Positions 41,078 through 52,435 of a stretch of 64,000 nucleotides of DNA are shown piece after piece. Each line of letters starts with the position of its first letter. Position 1 is the first letter of the stretch. The position numbers and the translations under genes were made by a program. The stretch is from contig DGNS01000005.1 of NCBI GenBank assembly GCA_002389045.1, positions 113,843 to 177,842 of the forward strand, read 5' to 3'. The notes beneath the pieces are model-generated. The model was given only the letters and a program-made list of their open reading frames with translations, made no database searches and was not told the DNA's origin. Source of the DNA: Thiotrichaceae bacterium UBA4486. Lineage in GTDB: Bacteria > Pseudomonadota > Gammaproteobacteria > Eutrophobiales > Eutrophobiaceae.

Positions 41078-42061
41078 TCAGATGAGTTTTTCGATCCTGA
41101 ACCAGTCGACAGTATCCTTTGCGGATTGCTCTACCGGTCGTGGTTCAAGGCCGAGCTCTTCAAGAGTTTTTGACGCATCGAAAAACATCGAACGGCGCGT
41201 CAGTTTGACGCCGGTCAGCGTTGCCATCGGCATGTTGTCGGTGATATATCGCGCCCACTGTTCACTGAACCAGGCAACAGCCAGTGCCAGCGTATACGGG
41301 ACTCGTAATTCGGGTGCAGGGCGATTGGCGTATCGGCCCAGAATGCCCAGCCAGTCTGAAAGTCTGTGGTTCTCGGAACCAAGCAGATAGCGAACGCCGG
41401 GACGGCCCTTTTCCATTGCCAGAACCATACCCATGGCGACATCACGCACATCGATCAGGTTCAGACAGCATTCCAGTATCGCGGGCAATTCACCGCGGCA
41501 AAATGCCAATGCCATGCGTGTGTGTGGTGTCAGGTTGCGATCGCCCGGTCCCACAGGCAGGGTCGGAGTCACAACAATTACCGGTTCACCCTGTTTGCCG
41601 AGATCCAATGCTGACTTGTCAGCCCGATATTTACTTAAACAATAGGGACCAATCATATGCTCTTCTTTCAGTTCCAGGAATTCTACTCCGCTGCCGTTGA
41701 AGTCTGAAGTTGTCAGAATACTCTCGGTGCTGGTATGCATGACGCGTTTGGCGCCATTTTGCAAGGCAGATTCGAGTACATTGAGAGTGCCCCTGAAATT
41801 GATCGCATCAAATTCCTCCGGTTGTTTGCGCCACAAATTGGGATCGGCTGCCAGATGATAAACATACTCGCAATCTTTCATGGCATTGTTCACCGCTTGC
41901 TGGTCGCGTATATCGGCGAACACCACTTCAATCCTGTCCAGGGGTAAATGCCTGGTGTCTGCACCCGGACGTTCAAGTACGCGTACCGGCTTGTCCATGC
42001 CCAGAAGTATATTGACCAGGTGGGTCCCGATAAAACCGGCGCCGCCGGTGACCAGATTCAA
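41078..42061 (-). CDS. NAD-dependent epimerase/dehydratase (HpnA/DFR-like extended SDR)
   Basis: VTGGAGFIG, YHLAAD, YCLSK, PTLPVGPGD, DVRDVA. Confidence 0.88.
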   Translation of the reverse strand: MNLVTGGAGFIGTHLVNILLGMDKPVRVLERPGADTRHLPLDRIEVVFADIRDQQAVNNAMKDCEYVYHLAADPNLWRKQPEEFDAINFRGTLNVLESALQNGAKRVMHTSTESILTTSDFNGSGVEFLELKEEHMIGPYCLSKYRADKSALDLGKQGEPVIVVTPTLPVGPGDRNLTPHTRMALAFCRGELPAILECCLNLIDVRDVAMGMVLAMEKGRPGVRYLLGSENHRLSDWLGILGRYANRPAPELRVPYTLALAVAWFSEQWARYITDNMPMATLTGVKLTRRSMFFDASKTLEELGLEPRPVEQSAKDTVDWFRIEKLI

Positions 42062-43071
42062 GGCTGCACTCCCTGTGCCTGCAACTCACGCTGCATGATG
42101 AAAAGGTGATTGTAGTCGGGCTTGAGCCGTTCCTGCGTTATGGTATTAACCATCTTTACGGCGGCACGGTTGTAGGGACAGGGAAATTTGCCGGCCAGAC
42201 TGACAAGATAGCCGTTGTAGGCATCGATCTCGGTGTGCGCAGATCCCATATCCGGCGCCATAGAACAGTAGGTGCCACGCAGTGACGGCTTGAAAAACTG
42301 CGCCATGATTTCCGGCAGTCCCGGGGTGCGTAATATTTTTGAGACGGTATCCGGATGAAACGGACCGATTTTCGCAAGTTTGAAACCGGCCTGTTTCAAT
42401 ATGGCATGGTTTTCCTGAATCAAACTGAAAAAGAGCTTTCTTGCGCGTTGGTCAGATAACAATGCCGCATTATCAACACCGGCCGCGGCCGCCAGAGGTG
42501 AAATAGCGGCGTTGTACATGAGTTTTGTTGCCTTGTATGGCAACACATCGCGGACCCGGATTACCTGAAACAACGGATTACCCTGTAACGTCGTGGCCAG
42601 ATCATCAAGAATTTCCTGATTGGCCGGTGTTGTATGGCGCCGTTGCCCTATATGTAATTCTCCGGCGCGTGTGATGCGAGCACAGGGACGGTGTCGTTCA
42701 CATTCCGAGACGAATGAGGCAATGGCTTCACCGAAATGTCCTTGTCTGTCAAGCAACTCGTCATAACCGTTCTGGACAGGGATAAGAAAATCCTTTTGCG
42801 GTATTTTTTCGAGGACAATGGCATTGTGATAGGTCTTCGTGCATTGAAGCAAAATGCCCTGATCCGGGGCTTGCCAGTTCTCAAAGGCAACAAACGGAAC
42901 ATCCAGAAGGGCAGGGTGGCCTTCCACCTGAAGCCCATCACCTTGCCCGGCTGCCAGTTTTTCAGCATCCTGTTCGACCATGGTTACTGCGCGACCCGCG
43001 CAAACCAGCGCGTAACCCAGTGCGGTACCAATGCCGCCCGCACCAATAATATGAACAGGGAGAGGATTCAT
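42058..43071 (-). CDS. Ketopantoate reductase-like oxidoreductase
   Basis: IGAGGIG, TKTY, VQNG, KLMYNAAISP, SMAPD, TEIDAYNG. Confidence 0.8.
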   Translation of the reverse strand: MNPLPVHIIGAGGIGTALGYALVCAGRAVTMVEQDAEKLAAGQGDGLQVEGHPALLDVPFVAFENWQAPDQGILLQCTKTYHNAIVLEKIPQKDFLIPVQNGYDELLDRQGHFGEAIASFVSECERHRPCARITRAGELHIGQRRHTTPANQEILDDLATTLQGNPLFQVIRVRDVLPYKATKLMYNAAISPLAAAAGVDNAALLSDQRARKLFFSLIQENHAILKQAGFKLAKIGPFHPDTVSKILRTPGLPEIMAQFFKPSLRGTYCSMAPDMGSAHTEIDAYNGYLVSLAGKFPCPYNRAAVKMVNTITQERLKPDYNHLFIMQRELQAQGVQP

Positions 43072-43682
43072 ACTGGCCCGGTGCAGGCACGTTTGCGCCG
43101 CTGGTACATATCATTGCCGATATAAATCGCAACCAATGGTGTGATAGCCGCTGCCAGTATCAATAACAGGTTACCCAGTCCGAACAGAATGCCCAGAGGC
43201 ACCAGAATCATCGCATCATCCGGATCAAAACCTGCGCGCGCATTAAAAGACGCAGCGCTGGCGTCGACGTCAGCCGCGACGCGGATGATTGTGTAAAAGA
43301 TAATACTGATACAAATCCCGGCAATGATACCGAGCATAATGGCCCAATTACCCAGAAAACTGTCTGTGGCGGCAATACCTATACCTATAAAAACCGCAGA
43401 ATTGCAGATCGAATCCACAACCAGATCATAAATCGCACCGAAACGGCTTGATTTACCGCTCAAGCGAGCCAGCTCACCATCGGCCCGGTCCAGCACCATT
43501 GAAATGATAAAACTGACGGCGCCGGCCCAATTCCACAGTTCCTCACCAACAGCAAAGCAGCCGGCGGCAGCGAGGCCGGAGATCAAGCGGCCGGTTGTCA
43601 GGTGATTGGGCGTTACCGCCGTATCCACCAGCGGTTGCACCAGCACACGGGAAAATCTGTGGATCCAGGTGTTATAACTCAT
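43068..43682 (-). CDS. CDP-alcohol phosphatidyltransferase family protein
   Basis: VTPNHLT; DRADGELAR...GAIYDLVVD signature. Confidence 0.9.
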   Translation of the reverse strand: MSYNTWIHRFSRVLVQPLVDTAVTPNHLTTGRLISGLAAAGCFAVGEELWNWAGAVSFIISMVLDRADGELARLSGKSSRFGAIYDLVVDSICNSAVFIGIGIAATDSFLGNWAIMLGIIAGICISIIFYTIIRVAADVDASAASFNARAGFDPDDAMILVPLGILFGLGNLLLILAAAITPLVAIYIGNDMYQRRKRACTGPV

Positions 43683-43868
43683 TGTGATAGATGCGGAGTA
43701 ATTTGTTGTTATTATCCGGGTAGACCGCCATATACCCGGGTTAAATGCAATACAAATTGTGTTTGTGCTGCCGGTTAGCATGGTGGTCGCATGTTACCGG
43801 GTTTAAAAAGGACTGATGCTCGCTCACATCCGGCTCACGCATATCAGCCATTCCCGCCACACATTCGG

Positions 43869-44876
<1,008 letters not shown>

Positions 44877-45014
44877 TTATGGTACGTTAATCACCTGGCT
44901 GAATCAAAACCGTCCGGGGCCATTTTCCAACTGCTATTCTTTCCATTTCTTGTTAAGATAAATGCTTAATAAACATAAAGCTATCGATAGTATTATTTAA
45001 ACAAGTTTAACTTG

Positions 45015-47318
45015 ATGTCACAAGCCACACGAAAAAAGCAAGCCGAGTCCGAAAGCCATACCGAGCTGCTCGGCAATATGCGTGAAGTCGCTATCTTCGC
45101 CCTGCTGGCGCTGGCGATTTTTATCCTGGTTGCGCTGCTCAGTTATCACCCCGACGATCCCGGCTGGTCGCATGTGGTTTCCGGTGGCGAGATCCACAAC
45201 AGCGCCGGAAAAATCGGCGCCTGGCTGGCCGATGTGTTCCTGCTGATTTTCGGTTATTTCGGTTACCTCATCCCGGTGTTGCTGGCCTTTGACGGCTGGC
45301 GCCTGTTCGAAACACGGCGCCGGCAACGAGAATTGAGCCCATTGCATTACATCGTGCGCCTGTCCGGTTTGATCATGATGTTTCTCGGCGGCTGCGGCCT
45401 GGCCTGGGGGCATATCCAGGCCGGGGCTTCCCTGCCGCACGAGGTACGCGGCGCAGGCGGTATTCTTGGTGATGCGTTTGGTTCGGCGCTGTTTGCCATC
45501 GGCGGCCACCTGGGCAGCACACTGCTGCTGCTGTTCCTGTTTATCACCGGTATTACGCTGTATACGGGTTTTTCCTGGTTACGGTTCATGGATCGGGTCG
45601 GCCACAAAACCCTGCTCTGGATCAGCCTGGCGCGGAACTTCATGAACGATTTCAAGGTGCACTCCCAGGGACGTCAGGCACGGCGCGAACGGGAAGTGGT
45701 GATCAAGGAAGAACAGGAGCGCATCGTGGAACGTGAGCCGGTGCAGATCAACGAGCCGCGTATATCCGCTTTTGAACCCAGCAAGCGAGCCGAGGCCGAA
45801 AAGCAGGAATTTCTGTTTGAACCGCCGGCGGATTCCATACTGCCGACTCTGAATCTGCTGGATGGGCCGTCGCCGTCGCGGGGTCAGTATTCTCGTGAAG
45901 CCCTGGAAGCCATTTCCCGCACGGTGGAATTGAAGCTTAAGGATTTCGGTGTCGAAGTGCAGGTGGTGGCCGTGCACCCTGGTCCCGTGGTCACCCGCTT
46001 CGAGCTGGAGCCTGCTCCCGGCGTCAAGGTGAGCAAGGTCGTCAACCTGTCCAAGGATCTGGCCCGCTCGTTGTCGGTAGTCAGTGTGCGCGTGGTCGAT
46101 GTCATCCCGGGCAAATCGGTTATCGGTCTTGAAATTCCGAATGAAAACCGTGATCTCGTCACCCTCGGTGAAATACTCAATTCTCCGGAATACGAACACG
46201 TCAAGTCCGGGCTGGCGCTGGCCCTGGGCAAGGACATCAGCGGCAAGCCGGTGGTGACGGATCTGGGTCGCATGCCGCACCTGCTGGTGGCTGGCACCAC
46301 GGGCTCCGGCAAATCGGTGGCCCTGAACGCCATGATCCTCAGTATCCTGTACAAGGCCATGGCCCGCGATGTGCGCATGATCATGATCGATCCCAAAATG
46401 CTGGAACTGTCGGTCTATGAAGGCATACCCCACCTGCTGGCTCCGGTGGTCACCGACATGAAAGAGGCGGCGAACGCGTTGCGCTGGTGCGTGGCTGAAA
46501 TGGAGCGGCGTTACAAGCTGATGGCAGCGCTTGGCGTGCGTAACCTGGCCGGCTACAACAAGAAAGTGACCGAGGCGCATAAAATCGGCAAACCTATACC
46601 CGATCCCATGTACGCACCTGTCAGCGAGGAGGACGAAGTACCGGTGCTGGATGAACTGCCCTCTATCGTCGTCATCATCGACGAACTGGCCGACATGATG
46701 ATGACCGTTGGCAAGAAGGTGGAAGAACTCATTGCCCGGCTGGCGCAAAAGGCGAGGGCGGCCGGCATTCATCTGATTGTGGCGACGCAACGGCCTTCCG
46801 TGGATGTGATTACGGGACTTATCAAGGCCAATATTCCGGCGCGGATAGCCTTTCAGGTGTCTTCCAAGGTCGATTCGCGCACTATTCTCGATCAAATGGG
46901 TGCGGAAAACCTGCTTGGCCATGGTGATATGCTGTTTATGCCGCCCGGTACCGGTATTCCCGAGCGCATTCACGGGGCTTTTGTCGGTGACCACGAAGTG
47001 CATAACGTGGTCGATAGTATAAAAGGCGACAGCGAGCCGGATTACCACGAGGAAATCGTCCGTGGCCCGGACGAGGGCGGCGCCGAAGCCATTCCCGGGC
47101 TGGACGCCGTCAGCGAGGATATGGACCCTTTGTACGACGAAGCGGTCAAAATAGTTACCGAATCACGCAAGGCCTCCATTTCCTATATCCAGCGCCGTCT
47201 GAAAATCGGTTATAACCGCGCCGCGCGCATCGTCGAGGAGATGGAGAACAGCGGCCTGGTCGGTCCGCTGGAATCCAACGGCAGTCGTGAGATACTGGCA
47301 GGGCCGCCGCCGGATTAA
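45015..47318 (+). CDS. ftsK: DNA translocase FtsK
   Basis: N-terminal TM domain; [24 protein letters not shown], gamma domain [13 protein letters not shown]. Confidence 0.97.
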   Translation: MSQATRKKQAESESHTELLGNMREVAIFALLALAIFILVALLSYHPDDPGWSHVVSGGEIHNSAGKIGAWLADVFLLIFGYFGYLIPVLLAFDGWRLFETRRRQRELSPLHYIVRLSGLIMMFLGGCGLAWGHIQAGASLPHEVRGAGGILGDAFGSALFAIGGHLGSTLLLLFLFITGITLYTGFSWLRFMDRVGHKTLLWISLARNFMNDFKVHSQGRQARREREVVIKEEQERIVEREPVQINEPRISAFEPSKRAEAEKQEFLFEPPADSILPTLNLLDGPSPSRGQYSREALEAISRTVELKLKDFGVEVQVVAVHPGPVVTRFELEPAPGVKVSKVVNLSKDLARSLSVVSVRVVDVIPGKSVIGLEIPNENRDLVTLGEILNSPEYEHVKSGLALALGKDISGKPVVTDLGRMPHLLVAGTTGSGKSVALNAMILSILYKAMARDVRMIMIDPKMLELSVYEGIPHLLAPVVTDMKEAANALRWCVAEMERRYKLMAALGVRNLAGYNKKVTEAHKIGKPIPDPMYAPVSEEDEVPVLDELPSIVVIIDELADMMMTVGKKVEELIARLAQKARAAGIHLIVATQRPSVDVITGLIKANIPARIAFQVSSKVDSRTILDQMGAENLLGHGDMLFMPPGTGIPERIHGAFVGDHEVHNVVDSIKGDSEPDYHEEIVRGPDEGGAEAIPGLDAVSEDMDPLYDEAVKIVTESRKASISYIQRRLKIGYNRAARIVEEMENSGLVGPLESNGSREILAGPPPD

Positions 47319-47323
47319 AACAA

Positions 47324-47453
47324 AGCTACTAGCCATTAGCTATTAGCCATTAGTGGAAGAGTAATAGAAACTTAACCGGAAATAATTAACTACATCGTCC
47401 AAATGAAAATAATCGTTCACTCTCTTGTTGCTTGTTGCTTGTTGCTAGTAGCT
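47324..47453. repeat. Inverted pair of heptamer tracts spanning the lolA start
   Basis: Left AGCTACTAG-CCATTAG-CTATTAG-CCATTAG (47324-47353); right (CTTGTTG)3-CTAGTAGCT (47424-47453). Confidence 0.7.
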
Positions 47454-48041
47454 TATCCATCGAAGGCTACGGACAATGCACTAACCACGTTTTTAACGGA
47501 TCTGGATACACTGAAATCCGACTTCACCCAGACTTTGATCGGCACTAATGGAAATGTGCTGGAAGAGGCTGCCGGGGTTCTGGTCATGCAGAGCCCCGGT
47601 AAATTTTACTGGGCCTACGAATCACCCTATGTCCAGAAGATCATTACCGACGGCAAGACATTATGGATATACGATCAGGATCTGGACCAGGTCACCATCA
47701 AGGATGTCAGCGAATCCATCAACGATTCTCCCGCGGCTATACTCAGCGGCAGCGACAATCTGGAGCGGCATTATCACGTGGAGAACCAGGGTAAGGTCGA
47801 AGGATTGAACATGTTCGAGTTGAATCCTGTTGACAGTGAAAACCAGTTTGAAAAGATTCATATCGGCTTTCTCGGCAGGCAATTGTTCCTGATGGTGATG
47901 TATGACAATCTCGGCCAGACCACCCGTATCAATTTCAAAAACACGCAACGCAATGTTGCCATAGAGGCCGCTCGTTTTGACTTCCTGCCGCCGGATGGCG
48001 TGGATGTCATCGATGATCGTCCCGGCAAGGCGGTCCCCTGA
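47403..48041 (+). CDS. lolA: Outer-membrane lipoprotein chaperone LolA
   Basis: DFTQ, PGKFYW, DGKTLWIYDQDLDQVT, DNLGQ, FLPPDGVDV; synteny. Confidence 0.93.
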   Translation: MKIIVHSLVACCLLLVAYPSKATDNALTTFLTDLDTLKSDFTQTLIGTNGNVLEEAAGVLVMQSPGKFYWAYESPYVQKIITDGKTLWIYDQDLDQVTIKDVSESINDSPAAILSGSDNLERHYHVENQGKVEGLNMFELNPVDSENQFEKIHIGFLGRQLFLMVMYDNLGQTTRINFKNTQRNVAIEAARFDFLPPDGVDVIDDRPGKAVP

Positions 48042-48124
48042 ACGGGCAACAGGAATTCATCCAATGAACTATTGCGCTGACAGACCGCCACGGCAGCTGA
48101 TATGGCGGAAAGCGTAAGACGGAT

Positions 48125-49435
48125 ATGACCACGCAACAGGATTATCGGCCGCTCGCGGATCGTTTGCGGCCGGAATGTCTGCAGGATTATGTCGGCCAGG
48201 ATCATATTCTCGGCGAAGGCAAACCCCTGCGGCTTGCCATCGAGCAGGGCCACCTGCACTCCATGGTGTTCTGGGGGCCGCCGGGTACGGGCAAGACCAC
48301 CATTGCGCGGATCATTGCCAACCAGTGTGATGCGCAGTTTCTGACCCTGTCCGCCGTACTCAGTGGCGTCAAGGATATTCGCGAAGCCATTGAACAGGCC
48401 GGTCAGTACCGCCAGGTTTACAGGAAGGATACCGTCCTCTTCATCGACGAGGTGCACCGATTCAACAAATCGCAGCAGGACGCGTTCCTGCCCCATGTTG
48501 AAAACGGTACAGTCACCTTTATCGGCGCCACCACGGAAAATCCTTCCTTTGAACTGAATAATGCATTGTTGTCACGGGTTCGCGTCTATGTGCTCAAGAG
48601 CCTGGAAGAATCCCACATAATCAGCCTGATGAAACGGGCGCTGGCCGACAGTGACCGCGGACTCGGTACGCGAAACCTGGCATTCAGTGACGACGCCCTG
48701 CGTAAACTGGCGTCGGCGGTGGATGGCGATGCGCGGCGGGCGCTGAATTACCTGGAAATCGCCGCGGATTTGAGTCCCGACGGCACACTGACGGATCTGC
48801 TGTTGAATGATATTCTTACCGGCGGCAGTCAGCGGCGTTTCGATAAAGGGGGTGAATCCTTTTACGACCAGATATCGGCGCTGCACAAGTCGGTGCGTGG
48901 GTCGGCGCCGGATGCAGCCCTGTACTGGTTTGCGCGCATGCTGGATGGCGGTTGTGACCCGTTGTACATCGCCCGGCGTGTGGTGCGTATTGCCTCGGAA
49001 GATATCGGCAATGCGGACCCCCGCGCCCTGCACATTGCCCTGGACGCCTGGAATGCGATGGAACGCCTGGGCTCGCCGGAGGGCGAACTGGCCATTGGCC
49101 AGGCAATAGTCTACCTGGCCAGCGCCGCCAAGAGTAATGCCGTTTACAAGGCATTTAACTCGGCCATGGAGGACGCGAGCAAACACGGTTCACTGGAAGT
49201 GCCATTGCACCTGCGCAACGCGCCGACACAGTTAATGAAAGAGCTGGATTATGGCAAGCTGTATCGCTATGCCCATGATGAAGACAATGCCTATGCCGCA
49301 GGGGAAAACTATTTCCCGGACAAGCTGAAGGGACGGCGTTACTACCAGCCTGTGGATCGTGGGCTGGAGATCAAAATCCGGGAAAAACTCGCCGGCCTGG
49401 CGGAAATGGATAAAAAAGCAAAACAGCGGGAATAG
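48125..49435 (+). CDS. rarA: Replication-associated recombination protein A
   Basis: [40 protein letters not shown]. Confidence 0.97.
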   Translation: MTTQQDYRPLADRLRPECLQDYVGQDHILGEGKPLRLAIEQGHLHSMVFWGPPGTGKTTIARIIANQCDAQFLTLSAVLSGVKDIREAIEQAGQYRQVYRKDTVLFIDEVHRFNKSQQDAFLPHVENGTVTFIGATTENPSFELNNALLSRVRVYVLKSLEESHIISLMKRALADSDRGLGTRNLAFSDDALRKLASAVDGDARRALNYLEIAADLSPDGTLTDLLLNDILTGGSQRRFDKGGESFYDQISALHKSVRGSAPDAALYWFARMLDGGCDPLYIARRVVRIASEDIGNADPRALHIALDAWNAMERLGSPEGELAIGQAIVYLASAAKSNAVYKAFNSAMEDASKHGSLEVPLHLRNAPTQLMKELDYGKLYRYAHDEDNAYAAGENYFPDKLKGRRYYQPVDRGLEIKIREKLAGLAEMDKKAKQRE

Positions 49436-49499
49436 ATCGATCGTACAGCGTTGTTTTAACGGGACAGATGTAGAGGAGTGCCCGCCCTGCACATGCCGA

Positions 49500-49555
49500 C
49501 TGAACCATGAACGTTGAAGTCTGAACTTTGAACCTCGAACCTTGAACTCTGAACC
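49500..49555. repeat. Eight degenerate heptamers with a GAA core upstream of crcB
   Basis: CTGAACC ATGAACG TTGAAGT CTGAACT TTGAACC TCGAACC TTGAACT CTGAACC. Confidence 0.85.
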
Positions 49556-49569
49556 TGATACATAAGTGC

Positions 49570-49944
49570 ATGAACCAGATCCTGTACATTGCCGCCGGTG
49601 GCGCCGCGGGCGCCGTCCTGCGTTACCTGGTGTCCACCGGGGTCCACCAGTGGCTGGGCCGGGGGTTCCCCTACGGGACGCTGGTGGTCAACGTTTCCGG
49701 TTCGCTCGTCATGGGTCTTTTATATATCCTGTTAATCGAGCGTACCGATGCCGGCCTTGCCTGGCGCGCCGGCCTGATTATCGGCTTGTTGGGTGCTTTC
49801 ACCACGTTCTCGACTTTCTCGATTGAAACATTGAACCTGATCGAGTCCGGCGAACAAATGAAAGCGGCTTTTAATATCCTGTTCAGCGTATCCCTGTGTC
49901 TGCTGGGATGCTGGGCCGGAATTGTGCTGGGACGATTGCTATGA
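49570..49944 (+). CDS. crcB: Fluoride channel Fluc/CrcB
   Basis: GGAAGAVLRY, FPYGTLVVN, GLLGAFTTFSTF. Confidence 0.95.
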   Translation: MNQILYIAAGGAAGAVLRYLVSTGVHQWLGRGFPYGTLVVNVSGSLVMGLLYILLIERTDAGLAWRAGLIIGLLGAFTTFSTFSIETLNLIESGEQMKAAFNILFSVSLCLLGCWAGIVLGRLL

Positions 49945-50243
49945 ATACAGAGGAAATCATTATTGCCCGGGTTTACCTGCATGAAGCGAAGGCTGACACA
50001 CAGAAAATGCTTGAGTATCTGCACGATGAATGCAAGGTCAGGGGTGTGACCGTGTTTCGCGGGATAACAGGGTTTGGTAATTCGGGAAAATATCATTCAA
50101 GTTCATTGATGGACATGTCACTGGACCTGCCGGTAGTGGTCGAATTTTTCGATGAACCTGAGAAAATGTTGCGAATCATCGAGACGCTTAACCACAGGAT
50201 TAAACCCGGTCATATCGTCAGCTGGAGAGCTTCATCGAATTGA
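49941..50243 (+). CDS. DUF190 (PII-like) protein
   Basis: GVTVFRGITGFG, LDLPVVVEFFD; usual partner of crcB. Confidence 0.88.
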   Translation: MNTEEIIIARVYLHEAKADTQKMLEYLHDECKVRGVTVFRGITGFGNSGKYHSSSLMDMSLDLPVVVEFFDEPEKMLRIIETLNHRIKPGHIVSWRASSN

Positions 50244-50253
50244 TGACTATACG

Positions 50254-51558
50254 ATGATTTTTTTCCGGTCTGTACCGATCATCCTGATCAAATTCGTTTT
50301 TCTGATCCTGTTTCTGGCTACCAATGTACTGCTGGCCAGAATGCTACCCGTTGCTGAATACGGCAGCTTCGTGTTTATCCTGTCACTGGTGACTGTTACC
50401 TCGATCATCATATCGCTGGGGTTGGAAAAGTATGTGGCAAAAACCCTGCAAATCTGTAAATCCGGGGCGGATAACCGAACTGTATCCATATTGATAACCG
50501 ACAGCCTGATGCTCGTTTTTGTCATGACGCTACTGGTGTGCCCGGTATTGTATTATATCGTTCTACCGGCATCCCTTTTCGATATCGTACCCGCACATCT
50601 GTATATTCAGATATTCATCATTATTTTCATGGAAGCATTATTGCGCCTCTACAGGGGTATAACGATAGGAGTTGGCGTACCGGTACATTCAGAATTTTGC
50701 AGCCTGTTTATCAGGCCCCTGATTTTTATGCTTCTGGTTATTATTAATGCGACTGGCGAAACCGGCAGCATAACCATTACTGATACGATAACTTTCTACC
50801 TTGCCGCCTCGGTACTTGCTATATTTCCGACATTTTATTTTGGCGATCTGCCCGCGGCCGGAAAGATGCTGTCACTGGTCCTGGTCAGCCCACGTCGATT
50901 GCCAGCACTGGCCGGTTTTGCCCTGGTTTTTTTGCTTACGGAAATGGTTTTCGGTGTCTATGCCAATGTGGATATATTCATGGTCGGATTGATGCTTGAT
51001 GCCGAGAGTTCGGGCATATATGGTATTGCGAACCGGGGAGGGTATATCATCGCTTTCATAGCGAGTGCATTTGCCATGGTTATGATGACAAGGACTTCTG
51101 AATTACATGCAAATAATAATATATCGCATCTGCAATCCGTCTTTTCCAGTACAAGTCTGTTGATGCTGACATCGAGCATTATCATATTTACGGTTTATCT
51201 GTTTTTTTCAGAGGCTATCCTCGGTTTTGTAGGAGTAGAGTACCTGTCTGCGAGAATGCCTCTGCTCATTTTGTCTCTGTCCCAGGTGTTAAGCGCGGCT
51301 TTTGGCCCCGTTGGAATACTTCTGATCATGACAGGTAATCAATGGCGGGTAATACAATGGCTGGCTACCGCGATTCTGCTGAATATTATTCTTAATCTGC
51401 TCTTTATACCGCAATTCGGTATCAATGCAGCCGCAGTCAATTCCCTGATAGTGATGGTATTCTGGAATTCAGTGCTGCTTTATATAGTCAGCCGGCATCT
51501 ACAGTTGAAACCGGCACTGATCTCGGTGTTTCAGAATCATGCTGTCAAAACAAATTGA
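50254..51558 (+). CDS. Wzx-like oligosaccharide flippase
   Basis: LARMLPVAEYG, DIFMVG, GIYGIA, LNLLFIPQFG; 12 or more TM segments. Confidence 0.82.
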   Translation: MIFFRSVPIILIKFVFLILFLATNVLLARMLPVAEYGSFVFILSLVTVTSIIISLGLEKYVAKTLQICKSGADNRTVSILITDSLMLVFVMTLLVCPVLYYIVLPASLFDIVPAHLYIQIFIIIFMEALLRLYRGITIGVGVPVHSEFCSLFIRPLIFMLLVIINATGETGSITITDTITFYLAASVLAIFPTFYFGDLPAAGKMLSLVLVSPRRLPALAGFALVFLLTEMVFGVYANVDIFMVGLMLDAESSGIYGIANRGGYIIAFIASAFAMVMMTRTSELHANNNISHLQSVFSSTSLLMLTSSIIIFTVYLFFSEAILGFVGVEYLSARMPLLILSLSQVLSAAFGPVGILLIMTGNQWRVIQWLATAILLNIILNLLFIPQFGINAAAVNSLIVMVFWNSVLLYIVSRHLQLKPALISVFQNHAVKTN

Positions 51559-52435
51559 TTTTTTCCTGGTTGGCGCTCCAAAGTGTGGAACCACCGCACT
51601 TTATAATGCCTTGTCACAGCATCCGGAAATCTATTTGCCTGCCGAGAAAGAGCTGCATTTCTTTGCTCCGGATTTTTATCCGGATGATTATATTACCTGG
51701 GAACAATATGATGCCCAGTTCAATAAATTCAGTCATGAACTTGTCATGGGCGAGAGCTCGGTCTGGTATCTTTATTCCACCGAAGCGCCAAAACTGATTT
51801 ACCGATACAATCAAAGAGCCAGAATCCTTATTGCGCTCAGGAATCCGGCTGATATGATTAAGTCACTACATAGTCAGTATCTGTTTGACAATGTTGAACC
51901 TTATACCGATTTGTCACAGGCATTGGCCCATGAGCCGGAACGAAAACGGGGAGAATTGATTCCCGATACGGTATACAACCCCCGCATACTTTTTTATTCA
52001 GATATTATCGATTACTACGGTTACGTAAAAAAATATATGGAAACATTTGGCAAGGAATGCGTCAAGGTGGTAATTTATGATGATTTTGCACGTGATCCGA
52101 TGACTGTTGTCAGGGAAGCCTATGAGTTCCTGAATGTTGACTGTAGTTTTGAGCCTGTTGTCAGGAAAGTGAACATCAGAAAAAAATACAGAAGTGATAT
52201 ATTACGAACGCTGGCCAATCCTCCCTTTACAATCAAGCAGTTCTTCAGAAAACTGATTCCTTTCCAACTGAGACGATCGATAATAAAGACCATCAATTCT
52301 CTTAATGCCGTCGAATGTGACTGTGGCTGTGAATCAAAAGTAACTGAAGTGAATATTTTGTCTGAGCATCATCGTAAAAATATTATCCGGCTCGGAGAGT
52401 TGATCGATAAGGACCTGTCCGTCTGGTTAAAATAA
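51539..52435 (+). CDS. PAPS-dependent sulfotransferase
   Basis: GAPKCGTT (5'-PSB loop), KELHFF, LRNPADMIKS (3'-PB). Confidence 0.9.
   Translation: MLSKQIDFFLVGAPKCGTTALYNALSQHPEIYLPAEKELHFFAPDFYPDDYITWEQYDAQFNKFSHELVMGESSVWYLYSTEAPKLIYRYNQRARILIALRNPADMIKSLHSQYLFDNVEPYTDLSQALAHEPERKRGELIPDTVYNPRILFYSDIIDYYGYVKKYMETFGKECVKVVIYDDFARDPMTVVREAYEFLNVDCSFEPVVRKVNIRKKYRSDILRTLANPPFTIKQFFRKLIPFQLRRSIIKTINSLNAVECDCGCESKVTEVNILSEHHRKNIIRLGELIDKDLSVWLK

Noticed and set aside
45579-47048. 489-aa antisense ORF over ftsK, and similar long shadow ORFs (43791-44624, 37780-38742, 57170-57802, 874-1536)
   Set aside because: They lie opposite well-conserved genes, show no motifs, and are expected from GC-rich codon bias.
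49436-49569. Fluoride riboswitch upstream of crcB
   Set aside because: No GGCGATGG...TAATG-type crcB motif is visible; the region holds heptamer repeats.
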